Origin: Callorhinchus milii
Lineage: Eukaryota
Direction: 5' to 3'
DNA: 64,000 bases
Assembly (NCBI RefSeq): GCF_018977255.1
Contig: NW_024704742.1
Location: forward strand, 126,234,001 to 126,298,000
The notes beneath the pieces were generated by a model that was not told where the DNA came from, searched no databases, and saw nothing but the letters and a program-made list of their open reading frames with translations. Shown here one piece after another: positions 1 to 12,133 of the stretch; position 1 is the stretch's first letter, and every line of letters starts with the position of its first letter. The position numbers and the translations under genes are program-made.

Positions 1-414
1 GACATAAGTAAAATATTACTTATTGATTTGCAAATTCATAAGGTTCATAATTTAATAATCATCTTGTGTTGGTTTATTTAAATGGATGCAGGCGATATAT
101 GTGAACTGGTTGTGTTGATTGTGAGGATAATTTCTTTTGATGAAAGCAGGCAAAACATTTGTTGTGTTAATTGTGATTTCCATTTTGTTGGAATTCACGT
201 AAGCTGCAAATATCAAACATGAAAAATAGTACAGTAAGCAAAATATCTGCAGAAAAAAGGCAGCCATGGTTTTCAACAAACATTTTTTAGACATTGTCAA
301 CCTTACTTGTCATGATTCACTATCCACAAATGTCACTATGTATTTGGCAAGTCAGAAGTTCCAATGAATACAACAAATATCTCAAATTAGATCCCAGTAT
401 CCCAAAAACAGAGG

Positions 415-1410
415 ACGAGGTAGAGAGTCGAGAGGGGAGCTGAAGGCACGGTCAAAGAGAAAGGTCTTGAGACCGGCCTTGAAGGAAGAAAGGGAGGAAG
501 CAAGGCGAAGGCACTGGGGGATGGAGTTCCAGAGCCTCGGGGCTGAGAAGCTGAAGGCCCGGCCACCGATGGTAGGGCGGTTGGGGCGGGGGATTTGGAG
601 CAGACCGGAGCCAGAGGAACGGAGGGTATGGGCAGGTAGGTAGGGGGATAGTAGGTCGGAGAGGTAGGAGGGAGCAAGGCCATGAATGGCCTTGTAGGCG
701 AGGATGAGGATCTTGAATTCGATCCTCTGGGGGATGGGGAGCCAGTGGAGGCGAGCGAGGGTGGGAGTGATGTGGTCACGAAGCCTGGTGCGGGACAGTA
801 CACGAGCTGCAGAGTTCTGAATGACCTGCAGTTTGTGGAGGGAGGTGCCGGGAAGGCCGGCGAAGAGAGAGTTCCCATAGTCCAGCCTTGAGGTGATAAA
901 GGCGTGGACCAGAGTTTCAGCAGCGTGAGGGATGAGGTAGTGCCGTAGTCTGGCGATGTTTCGGAGGTGATGGAAGGCGGTGCCAGTTGTGGCGCGGATA
1001 TGAGGAAGAAAGGACAGCTCAGGGTCGAACAAAACACCGAGGTTCCTGACTGGCTTTGAGAGGTGGAGAGTGCAGCCTTGGATACTAATGCTGTCAGCGC
1101 CTGAGGTGCGGAGGCGCTGACACGAGCCAGTCAGGAGGGCCTCGGTTTTGCGCACGTTGAGCTGAAGAAAGTTGTCTCTCATCCAGGACTCGATGTCGGA
1201 CAGGCAAGCTGTCAGGATATCGATGGTCGTGGAGTTGAGGGTAGAGGAAGAAAGGTAGAGTTGGGTGTCATCCGCATACATGTGGAAGTTAACCCCATGT
1301 CTGCGGATGATGTCACCAAGGAGGAGCATATAGAGGGTGAAGAGGAGGGGACCAAGGACAGAGCCCTGAGGGACACCGCACGAGACAGTGCGGGGGCTGG
1401 AGGAAACATA
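415..1410 (-). mobile_element. L2 LINE (family A), 5'-truncated, with an uninterrupted C-terminal ORF2 reverse-transcriptase fragment
   Basis: ORF 382..1452 contains [40 protein letters not shown] and GGRAFS...PRLWN, typical of L2/CR1-clade RT C-termini. Confidence 0.93.
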
Positions 1411-2407
1411 GCAGTCACCCCAATTGAAAGAGATTGTATGTCTAGGCTGCAATGTTGGGGCGGGGGTGTGCTGGAATATTGGAGGTGCTGTCCTTCAGAT
1501 GCGATGTTAAACTAAGGTCCCATCTATATATTCAGATGGACGTTAAAGATCCCATGGCACTATTTGAAAAAAATGGAGAAGAGAAAAGAAGGAAGTTTCT
1601 CCTGCTGTTCTGGCTAACAACTCCCAAAATAAAAATGGTTATATGTTTCATAGTTTTTTGTAGAACTTTGCTGGGTGCAAATTAGCTGCCAATGTTTGCT
1701 TACTAAATACACAGTCTCTGCACTTTACAGTGAATCCTATAAAATGCGACTTTGAAAAGTCTTGTGATGTGAAAGGCATCATATCAAATGCAAGTATTAT
1801 TATTAACAGCAAAGGGATAGGAGAAAGAGTTAATCAATCCTTACAATAATATTCTTCTATTTCTCCATCACCTTTTCCCTCTTTCGCTTCCCTCCCTTTC
1901 TTCACTCGGTGAGTCAACATATTTTTTCTTCATTGTCCATAAATTATGTAAATCTGTACACACTTTGTCAATATTCTGTTGTTTTTTTTTGGTCAGCCAG
2001 GTTTCTGACACATGCAGAAACCCCTCACCATCCCTAAGAATATGCAAACCAAACTGAGAGTTCCATGCATCCCACCTATACCAGGAAATTCCAGAGATGT
2101 TTATTGGAATGGAATGCAAACTCTCTCCCTGGAGGGATGCATCCTGGTTACCTAATTCTGGAAAATATTAGGCACAGGCTGTCCAGAGCCAAGGTTTGGG
2201 GACCCCAGAGTGTGCATTGTGGAGCTGTTGAGGTCTAACCAACTAAAACTACTGAACCACTTGCCATTGAAAGCATTGTCTGGCAAGCTTTCCTACTGCT
2301 TGTCCAGCTAGGACCAATTAGAGCTTTGGCTTGTAGGGTTAACAGTGAGTGGGATAACTCCATGGCCCCAGTCACTGCGGACCCACCTGGCTCAGGAACT
2401 GGACTAG

Positions 2408-3560
2408 AACAACAACAACAAAATTACATTTTTTGAGCGCCTTTCATGTTGGGAGGATGTCCCAAGGTGCTGGGCAATCGGGGGTCAGGACCCGAGCATG
2501 GGGGAGGGGTGGGGTAGGGGTGAGGGAAGGCAGAGATGTGGGAGGCCGACTGAAGGCACGATCGAAGAGGAGGGTCTTGAGACCGGCCTTGAAGGAGGCA
2601 AGGGAGGAAGCGAGGCAAAGGGACTGTGGGATGGAGTTCTAGAATATGGAGGCAGAGAGACTGAAATCCCGGCCACCGACGGAGCCTGGTGTGTGAGAAT
2701 ACACGAGCTGCAGACTTTTGGATGATCTGCAGCTTGTGAAGGGAAGAGCTGGGAAGGCCGATGAGGAGGGAATTTCCATAACCAAGCCTTGATGTGACGA
2801 ATGCATTGGTAAGGATTTCGGCAACCTGAGGGGTGAGGCAGTGCCGGAGTCTGACAATGTTGCGGAGGTGGTGGTAGGCAGTGCTGGTCATGGCGCGAAT
2901 CTGGGGGAGAAAGGACAGTTCAGGGTCAAACAAGTCACCCAGGTTCCTGACTGGCTTAGTGAGGTTGAGTGTGCAGCCGTAGAGGCTGATGCTGCCAACG
3001 CCTGAGGTGTGGAAGTGCTAGCGCGAGCCAATCAGAAGGGCCTCGGTCTTGCTGACGTTCAGTTGGAGAAAGGTGTCCCTCTTCCAGGACTTGATGTCGG
3101 ACAGGCAGTCGGTCAGGATGCCAGCAGTCCTGGAGTTCAGGGTGGAGGCAGAGAGATAGAGTTGGGTATCATCCGCATACATGTGGAAATTTACCCCATG
3201 TCTGCAGATGATGTCACCAAGCGGGAGCATGTAGAGGGTGAAGAGGAGGGGAGCGAGGACAGAGCCCTGAGGAATGCCGCACGAGACGGTGCGGGAGCTG
3301 GAGGAGAAACCGTTTGCAGAGATGAAGTTGAGGCGGTGTGAAGGATCTGAAGTAGTCAAGGATAGAAACTTGAAGGTTGAGGTGGGAGGAGAGGCGGTGG
3401 AGGACGAGGAGGCAGAGGGAGCCCTGGTCACACATGGTCAGGATGTCATTTGTGATCTTGACCAGAGCAGTTTCCGTGCTACAACAACAACAACAACAAC
3501 TTGGATTTATATAGCGCCCTCCACGCCGGATGGCATCTCAGAGTGCTATGGGCAGACTAC
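2408..3560 (-). mobile_element. L2 LINE fragment with 3' hairpin and (TTG)n tail
   Basis: [10 protein letters not shown] and YADD in ORF 3018..3431. (ACA)n tail at 2408-2421 on the plus strand. Frameshifts and deletions present. Confidence 0.9.
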
Positions 3561-5917
3561 TGAGGCCGCCTCAGAGAGTTGACTGAATTCTGACATTTCG
3601 TTGCCAAACATGTCGCCTCAGAACTAATTCAGCTCCAAGGAGACCCAGCTCATCTTGCCCCCAAGGAGGATAGTAATATTTGTATATAAAAGCTATTGAT
3701 GGGGTAATACTCTACCATGTGTGTATTCAGCACGCTACCAAAATATGCAGGTGCAACAGAAAGAAAAACTTTTTTTTTAAATTGCTCCAAAAATGCACTG
3801 TGTGGGGAACATATATTGTCCTCTGAAAATCATAGTGAACTTTCCTTGGCACAACGTATGTCCTTAGGGAAATCAGATTACTTGCAACCATTTCGGATCA
3901 TAGTAAACTCTTTTTAATCAATTTGAAATGCAGCTCATGTTGATAAACAAGTAGGATGCCATCCTTTCAAATCCTTCTGCAGATCAGTATATAAATTGAA
4001 ACATATTTGCCATTCCTTACTGCTTCCGTTCATTCATATTTTAAAGACTTATTTATCAGCGTAGCAATGTAAAACCAAAATAACAACAGGATTAGGCAGC
4101 ATTTGGATCATCTGGATTTACATAATCTGTACATAACTAGATTGAAGTAATTCAAGGTCAATGTCGACCGCACTTTCTCTCTGGCATTTGCCTCAGTGGG
4201 AAGTAGCTGTTTCCTTTTAGCATTCTCAAAACTATTTGTCTCAACCAAAAATCCAATCCTTTTCTTTATAAAAAGCTTCATAATCCTAAAGTAAGCACAA
4301 TCAATGAAAGGCAATTTGATACAATCTGACATTCGCTGAATGACAGAAACAAAGAATGCAGTTTGTGCAATAATAAGGCAGTGAACTTGGGTTTTCTTAC
4401 ACATATGGTAATAGAGGTAAGAAAAGTCACGATCAATTTGTTGAACTGACAAATATAATTAGCAATCACGTGTAGAGAATTGTTATTCTATCTAAAAGCT
4501 TTTGCTAAGTAGCCTTAATTTAACACCTTTTCGTCAAACCGAAGTAACATTATTGCAAACGTCCGAAATCCAGTCACTCCAACCTTTATCCTTACAGAGG
4601 CTACGCCTCTTCAGTCTTGAAAAGGGATGCCTCAGAGGGACCTTATAGAGTGTATGTAAGATTTTAAATGGGATTGAGAAGTAATATCAGAGCCGAGATA
4701 GTTATAACTGGGATCAGAAGCATTTCTTCACACAGAGGGGTGTTAAAATGTAGAATGCTCTGCTCCAGAAAGCTATGGAAACAGAATCAATAGGGATGCT
4801 TAAAAGAGAGGTAGACTGATACTTGGATAGTAGAGATATTAAAGATATGCCGAAAAAAGGGTAAATTGGGATTAAAAAATCTACCAGAATCTATTAACTG
4901 ATGGAACAGGGTTGATGAGCTGAATGGCCTCCTCCTGTATCTGTTTTCCTGTTTGCACACAAGTTTTAAATGGCACAAGCTTGACCTGCATTGGGACATA
5001 GTTGTCCTTGAACAGAAACAAGCACAACCAGAGTGCCCTTCGCCCCTTCTCAGCGGGGTCTGGGACACTACTCTGCGTGAAGGGTGCTATATAAATGCAA
5101 GTTGTTGTTGTTTGTCCTTCAGGACAGTGTCCAGCAAAAATTGGTGTCCACCACAACCTTGTGATACCAATATGAATCAACAATTGGGACTAATGGCCCT
5201 TGTATCTTCTAATCTTGTGGCAAACACGGAAGCGGCTGCACGGAGGGAGGGCTCCAACCAACACTGACCTGTCACTAAGCACTCTGGAGGCAGAATCTGC
5301 TTCACAGCAGCACATCTATTTGCCAAGACCCCTCACATGAGGACCTGAATTAAGCAGTTGGTGCTAAGTAAACCTGGTACACTGCATTGGACTTGGATCT
5401 TGGGAACACCAAAATGCCTGGCAAGGCGCAAGAGGTCCTGTAAAAGTCCTGCCACAGGCATTGAGGTAGCAACATGTAAATATTAAAGAGGAGAGGACCA
5501 TGAGCAGAGCCCTGGGGAGTGCTACATGTCACAGTGCGAGGGCTGGAGGAGAAGCCAACGGTGGATACAAAGTGGAGATGATGAAAAAGGTAAGAAAGAA
5601 ACAAGGCAGGATGAGGACTATGAAGGTAATCACAACTTACACTTATAAAGTGCTTTTGCACACAGCAGAACGTCTCAAAGTGTTTTACAGAAAGGGAGAA
5701 GAACTCAAGCATGGTGGGAGGTGGGGGAAGGGGTTGGAGGTGATCAAACGCACAGTCAAAGAGATACATTTTAGATGGATTTTGAAACCAGAAAGAGGAA
5801 ATGAGGTGGAAGGAATTATTCCACTGCAATAAACCATTCATTCAGATGTTGCCAGTGATTGAAGATGTACAAACATATTTTAGGAATGACCCAAATAAAA
5901 ACAGGAAATAGCAGAAC

Positions 5918-6232
5918 GAAACACAAAATACTGCAGATGCTGGAAAACAAAAACAGAAGTCACTGAGAACACTCAGCAGGTCAGGCAGCACCTATGGTCA
6001 CGTGAAGAGAAGAGCAGAACTTTTTCAATGTAGACATTCCTAGAAGAGAAGTGGCAGTGAATTAAATATAAACAAAATGCAAAATACTGCAGATGCTGGA
6101 AATCTAAAAACAAAAACAGAACGAAGAGAAGAGCAGAACTTCTTCAAGATAGGCATTCCTAGAAGAGAAGTGGCAGTGAATAGATGTTGCCTGACCTGTA
6201 GAGTGTTCCCAGCGACTTCTCTTTTTGTTTTC
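5918..6232. mobile_element. Penelope pseudo-LTR remnants in inverted arrangement, with a 58-bp direct duplication
   Basis: aaaatactgcagatgctggaaa...cagcaggtcaggcagca (5918-5997) and its reverse complement gatgttgcctgacctg...(6181-6232). Duplication at 6004-6061 and 6123-6180. Confidence 0.75.
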
Positions 6233-6405
6233 ACGAAATAGCAGGTTGCTCAACATCTGAAAGAGAAAGACAAGTTAACATTAAACACTTCAACAGAAGC
6301 ATGAGGCTATTAATAATGGATAGGGATGCAGTTTGTCATGGTGATAAAAACGTCACAGATACTGTGATTTTTCTGCTGGTTCATGGCTTTTCTTGGTGTC
6401 CATGA

Positions 6406-6665
6406 TCTTATACTAATAAAGATGAAATGTCTATCTGTGTGTCTGTCCACCAATAACGCAATAACCGATTGAAGTAGAGACATGATTTATACCTCATTGG
6501 AAAGGTCTTGCATGGGGAGTGTCATGGGTGATTTTTTGGGGGGAATCCTCTATCGTTGATGAGCTATGACTTAAACATGCTCATCACACATCTATGGCAG
6601 TTGGTCACTCAATCCACGACTGTTTGAAACATGGTTGCAAGCGTAGCTGCAATGGGCACCTCTAG
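6406..6665 (+). mobile_element. Non-autonomous Helitron-like element
   Basis: Sits between A and T. 5' end TCTTATACTAATAAA followed by a tgtc/tgtg microsatellite. 3' subterminal hairpin TTGC-A-AGC-gta-GCT-GCAA about 10 nt before the terminal CTAG. Confidence 0.62.
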
Positions 6666-7994
6666 TTTTAAATAAAGTGTATTTAAAAAAGAATCCAGAG
6701 GAGAGAGATGATTGACAGGGGGAGATGATCATTAGGGAAGTGCGATGCTTTCCATGGTAGCCAATATTAGGGCAGCCTGGGGGAGGGATTTCCTCTGACA
6801 TACAGGGCATTGCTTGCTTTTCTCATTCCTGAAGTTGTCAATCACGCCCCTAAGCGCTCCGAGACTGTATCCCATATGAAGGGCCCTATATAAATGCAAG
6901 TCGTCGTTCTTGTTGTAAACCCATGACTTTTACTAAATGTATCATAACTGCTCCGTGATGTTTGATAAAATTCCTGTGACAAATCCACAGCTCTAATAAT
7001 GGGCTCCTTGCATTTGATACAGCACCTTCCCACTTAGCAAAGTCTCGAAGCACTTCAGTCAATGTGTTCCTTTCAAGTGTTGCAAATGTTCTTGCTGTAA
7101 GCAAAATCTGGATCTAATCTGTTCCAGCAAAGTCCCTCAAACACGAATAAGATGAATAACTAATGGACAAATTAACCTGAGTGATTTTTTTTAATAACTT
7201 TTGCTAGGGGAGGAAGAATGGCCAGGAGAACTGTCTGCAAAGAGTGAGTCTTACAAGTAGGCGTTGGGTTAAGACTGATGCATACAGTTTAAAATTCTAT
7301 TTGACTTTTCTTTTGAATTCTATATTTCCCTTTCATAAAAGCCTTAGCTAAGGTGTATTGAATTCTTGTCAATCCTGGCTTCTGTCAGTTCAGTTATTTA
7401 TCGCTGGTGCTTAAGATTTTAAAGTAGCATTTAAAGGATATACCAGTAGCTTTCTCACACGCTGTGGGATTTCATCTTTTTTTTCTGCCAGAGCAGCTGA
7501 GCGATATGTGAGATATTTATTGTTACTGCGCATTGTCAGACTTGGAAACGGGTGCTGATGATACTGCAGGAATTTGGCTTTAAGCATGCTCCTGGATTTT
7601 CGCTCCCATCTTTGCACAGAATAGACAGCAAACACAACCTGCATCTTCCTGAAGTTACTGAGTTAGGCAAGTTTCCTTACTCCACACACCTTTATTTACT
7701 AGTTATAAGTAGGAACCTGGTTATTAGTCGATTGGCAGATTGCTTTTCCGGGGGTAAGAATCCCACCAAAAAAAAATAATAAATTGGTTGCTAAATCCAC
7801 GACTGTTTGTGGGACACTGCTGTGCACAATTGGCTGCCACTTTTTGCCCACAAAATACACAGTCAATTTGGTTTACAGTATATTCTGTGAAGTTCTCTGA
7901 GACATCTCGAAGACGTGATAATGCACTATATCAAATATAAGGATTATAATCATTATTATGGGAGGGGAGTAAGGAATGGGTGAAAATTTGTTTA

Positions 7995-8312
7995 GTCTTC
8001 CCAACCCTCCACAAACTGCAAATCATCCAGAAATCTACAGCTCATGTCCTCTCCAGCACCGGGCTCCATGACCCTATGGAACTCCAACCCACAGTCCCTT
8101 CGCCTTGCTCCCTCCCTTGCCTCCTTCAAGACTTGTCTCCAGACCCTTCTGTTCGACCCACCTTTGACCACCCTCCTACCCTCCCTGCCCTGCACCCTTC
8201 CTGATCCCAACCCCCAACTCCCTGCTCGGGTCCAAATCCCTGACTGTCCAGGGCCTTGGGACGTCCTCCCAATGTGAAAGGCACTATACAAATGTAATTT
8301 GTTGTTGTTGTT
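7995..8312 (+). mobile_element. L2 3' fragment
   Basis: LHKLQIIQ motif, then 3' UTR and ccttgggacgtcctcccaatgtgaaaggcac followed by (TTG)n. Confidence 0.85.
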
Positions 8313-9865
8313 CTTGTTGAGTATAACTTATTTGCTGAGTGACCTGTTTCTATGCTTTCCATTCTTTCTACATCTAGTGCCATGGAATTTTTGATATCCA
8401 CCTGAGTATGTAATACAAACTGAATAGTGTGTTCTATTTTGGCTTTGTACAGCTAAGCAGAACAGGCAAGCTCCCTGATTAATGCTCAACACACCAGTGA
8501 TAAACTACAACAGCTTGCATTTATGTAGCAACATAGGATAACGTCTTGGAGTGCTTTTCAAAGAGAGGGTCAGACACTGAGCAGTGGTGAGGAGTGAGGG
8601 GAAAAGGGGAGGGATTGACCATAAAGGCTATCAAAAGGGTAGGTTTTAAACCCCTTTCATAGCCTTTGAAAGACATGAAAGCAAATAGAGAGGGGGTGAG
8701 AGAAAGGACTAGAAGGAAGAAGTTCTATGGATTGGGGCACAGTAACTGAAAGCTTGGCTGCTGATGGTAATCGGAGACACACAACAAGTCTAAGATCCAT
8801 TTACTCCATGTAATTCAGGTTATTGATCACCAAATGTTCCCTGATGCCTAATCAACCCTAGGGTTCACAAGAAAAATGGTCACATCAAATACCATAAAAT
8901 TCAGAGCTGGTTTACGTAACAGATCCCCTGAGTGACACTTCTTCCAGCACTCAGAAATCAGTCCACTAAATAATCTAATAAATACAAGCTATTTCTATAA
9001 TGCCTTTCACATCAGAAGGACGTCTATAGGCACTCCGAGACACACTAGCATGAAGGGTGCAAATTGCAAGTTGTTGCTGTCCCAAACTACTTAAATGCAA
9101 CAAATATAAATGTTTTTTTTCCAAACGTAATAATACAAGAAACTTTATTGTAATTTGTGCAGGATTTCACACACAGTATGAGGAACAATCCCTCAATAAA
9201 ATCGGACATTCATATTCATGGCTGTTTGTGGGGCATTGCTGTGTGAAAATTGGGTGCCACATTTGGCTACAAATACATAGTCACTACAATTTATGGTAGG
9301 ATCCTTTGAAGCACTTTGAGACTTCACGACAACATGATAAAATGCTGTACAAATGCAAGAATTATTATAATATAACTTCCTTACTTATTTCTGGGATGCT
9401 ACCTCGCTTGAAGCGTGCTATATAAATGCAAGTTGTTGTTGCATTGTGGAGGTAACTAAGATCCCCAGATTTCCTGCATTAAAGTAAGAAGAAAGACAGT
9501 TAGCAATCTGGGGGAACAAGTCTCTTGTGGTAGACACATATGGCTTCCCCAAAAAAGGGATAGATCGATGCCTTTCCAGTTGTGTTGCAGTTGGTCCGTC
9601 ATCCAACAAATCACGCTGCTTAAAATAACGACCCATATGATCCTTACTTCCAAGAATTATTAATAACAGCTTTTTCATTTTTTTTGTTATTTGTTCATTC
9701 CCCTGATTAATGTTTTCTTTCTTTTAAAAATAGAATAGACAAATTAATTATGAGCTATTGAGTGGATGTGCTCACCTACGTACAGACTCAGCACTATCGC
9801 TTTCTCCAATACATCAGGGAGTACATTGTCATCTCCAGACGGTACATAGTTAACCAGTTCAATTC

Positions 9866-10410
9866 TACATAACATAACATAACATATAACATAACATAAC
9901 ATGTAGGAGCAGGAGTAGGCCATTCGGCCCTTCGAGCATGTCCTGCCATTCAATCATGGCTGATCTTCTATTCTAACTCCAGCTAATAACCTGACCCTGC
10001 CTTATCCCCACATCCCTTAATCCCTTTTGCAATAAGAAATCTATCTATCTCAGTCTTGAATATGTTCAAGGACTGAGCGTCAACAGCCCTTTGGGGTAGC
10101 GAGTTCCATACATTCACCACCCTTTGAGTGAAGAAGTTCTTCCTCAACTCAGTGCGAAAGGGCTGGCCTCTGATTTTAAGGTTGTGACCCCTGATCCTTG
10201 TGGCACTCCACTGGTCACATCCCGCCAATCTGAAAAGGACCCGTTTATACCTACTCTTTGTTTCCTACCCATTAACCATTCCCCAACCCACGTTACTATG
10301 CTCCCCCCAATTCCATGGGCCCCTATCTTTTGGACTAACCTTTTATACGGCACCTTATCGAATACCTTCTCGAAGTCCAAATAGACCACATCCACTGATT
10401 CACCCTTATC
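9866..10410 (-). mobile_element. CR1 LINE fragment with internal deletion and (TATGT)n tail
   Basis: DVVYLDFEKVFDKVPYKRL...SGVPQGS is fused directly to GHNLKI...FFTQRVVNVWNSLP. CR1 3' UTR ggccgaatggcctactcctgctcc, then (ACATA)n at 9866-9902 on the plus strand. Confidence 0.92.
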
Positions 10411-10623
10411 TAGTTTACTCGAAATATCCTTCTATATCCTTCTACATTAACAATGTCCCATGTCCCATTAAGAAACACCGCAAAAAGAGACTTCATTATC
10501 TTTCCTTTTCTTGGGATATTTTGATGATTTTTGTACAGAACTGTTTCCATTACGAACTTACAATGATAGCTTAATCAAGAATATCATTTTATTGCTCATA
10601 ACTTCAATGAATCTGCAATATAA

Positions 10624-10949
10624 TACACGATGACCTCTGTATAACAAACGTCCAGGGGACTTGGGGGAAAACGATTGTTATATCCAGGTATTCGCTATAA
10701 GAGGTTCACAGGAAATCTGTGATGGACTGCCAAACACCCCCATGATTGACTGCCGAGCACCCCTGTGATTGCTGCCGAACACCCTCACGATTTTAACTTG
10801 ATTACAGATAGTTATATCAAGGGCTGTTCTGCTTTAATGATCACTGTCTTGGGGCAAAAATCATTGGGAAAAAACAAATCTCAATGTCGAGTTTATTATA
10901 ATTGGAGGGATCATAATAACTGGGACCGTTAAACCAAGGTCAGCCTATA
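10624..10949. mobile_element. Degenerate Tc1/pogo-like MITE with internal 3 x ~22-bp repeat
   Basis: Ends tacacgatgacctctgtataac / gttaaaccaaggtcagcctata are about 16/22 complementary. Internal repeat of gactgccRaRcacccc..gatt at ~10724-10792. Confidence 0.4.
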
Positions 10950-11934
10950 TATCCATTTTCCAAGCCTGAACTGCACTTAAGGTAGAATTTGGGTAGTTTT
11001 GTATTGCAGATACAGGGCCACAAGACTGGATTGAGATAGTCCAGTCTCATTTAACAATAGACCCTTCATCAGAAAGGTCTAGGTTTGATTCAAACCCAAG
11101 GTCCACAGTTGATGTGATCTATCCCACAGTTGCCACCAATAAGAACAGTTTTTATAATAATAATAATCCTTGCATTTGATATAGCTCCTCATCACGTCTT
11201 TAAGATGTCTGAACACTCAAGACAGAATATACTGTGAAGTGAATCGACTTCACATTATTTGTGGGAGAACCACAGCTGCCAATTGGGCACAGCAGTGACT
11301 CACAAACAGTCGTGGACTGAGTGACCAAATTATTATTATTTATTTGTTTATTTATTTATTTGGGGAGGGATTCTTAACGCAGAAAAGCGATCTGCCAATC
11401 GACTAACAATTTTAATTGTACTATTTTAATCTTTATAATATTAAGGCATATCACTTAATTATTCAACGGGTTTTGAAGGCTTTGAGAAGTATTCATCTGA
11501 TTCTTCAAATTCATTCAGGGTCTGTATAAACAATAACAATCCTTGAATTTGGTATAGAGCCTTATCACGTCTTCAAGATGTCTCAAAGCGCTTCACAGAA
11601 TATACTGTAAAGTGAATTAATGCAAGAGAAGTGCTAATCACTGATATTATTACATAGGCAGTCAATATCTGTCTTTACAAACCCTGCAGCAAACCCACTT
11701 GACATTGTTGTTCACCTGCGAAACAAACAGTCACTACACTTTGAGATGTTCTCCCCATGTGAAATGCATTATATCAAATGCAAGGATTATTATTATTATT
11801 AGTTATGCAGCTGTGTCAATGGAAATTGTACAGTTCTAGTATGCTATAAATTTCACATAAAGATTCAATAAAAGTACTTATTAATAATAAATAATATGTG
11901 CTTCCAAAAGCTGCAATTTTGCTTTTACACTTAC

Positions 11935-12133
11935 GAAAGTTTTCAACTGTATCAGTTCATAAGCACAACTTATACAGTTTATGAGCTGCACAGAAGCTGT
12001 TCTCTCCTGCTTCGTTTGTAGTTTCCGACAAGAGTTGAATCATGGCCTGGCTTACAGCTGCTCGCTCAAAGTGATGTTATGAAGCATATCCAGATACAAA
12101 TTGCTCATATACCGCCATGAAGATGGGAAATAG
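11935..12133 (-). pseudogene. Exon-like block with two in-frame stops
   Basis: AG|CTATTTCCC...ACTTTC|GTAAGT (consensus donor). Reads YFPSSWRYMSNLYLDMLHNITLSEQL*ARP*FNSCRKLQTKQERTASVQLINCISCAYELIQLKTF. Confidence 0.5.

Larger units (their letters stand above)
167..4285 (-). pseudogene. Three terminal exon-like blocks (4285-4174, 1975-1872, 203-167) that splice into one open frame
   Basis: Phases 2-0, 0-2 and 2-stop give IMKLFIKKRIGFLVETNSFENAKRKQLLPTEANAREK|NIDKVCTDLHNLWTMKKKYVDSPSEEREGSERGKS|LREFQQNGNHN*. AATAAA lies ~90 nt after the stop. Confidence 0.45.

Noticed and set aside
52..300. 82-aa ORF as a standalone gene
   Set aside because: No homology recognised. The phase-compatible reading of this block is a different frame that stops at 167.
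382..1452. 356-aa ORF as a host gene
   Set aside because: It is a 5'-truncated L2 ORF2 fragment; its start and stop come from flanking DNA.
6886..7104. 72-aa ORF as an intact exon
   Set aside because: Its middle (~7005-7060) is a SINE tail (gaagtgctt..gagac..gtgctgtatcaaatgcaagga) on the minus strand.
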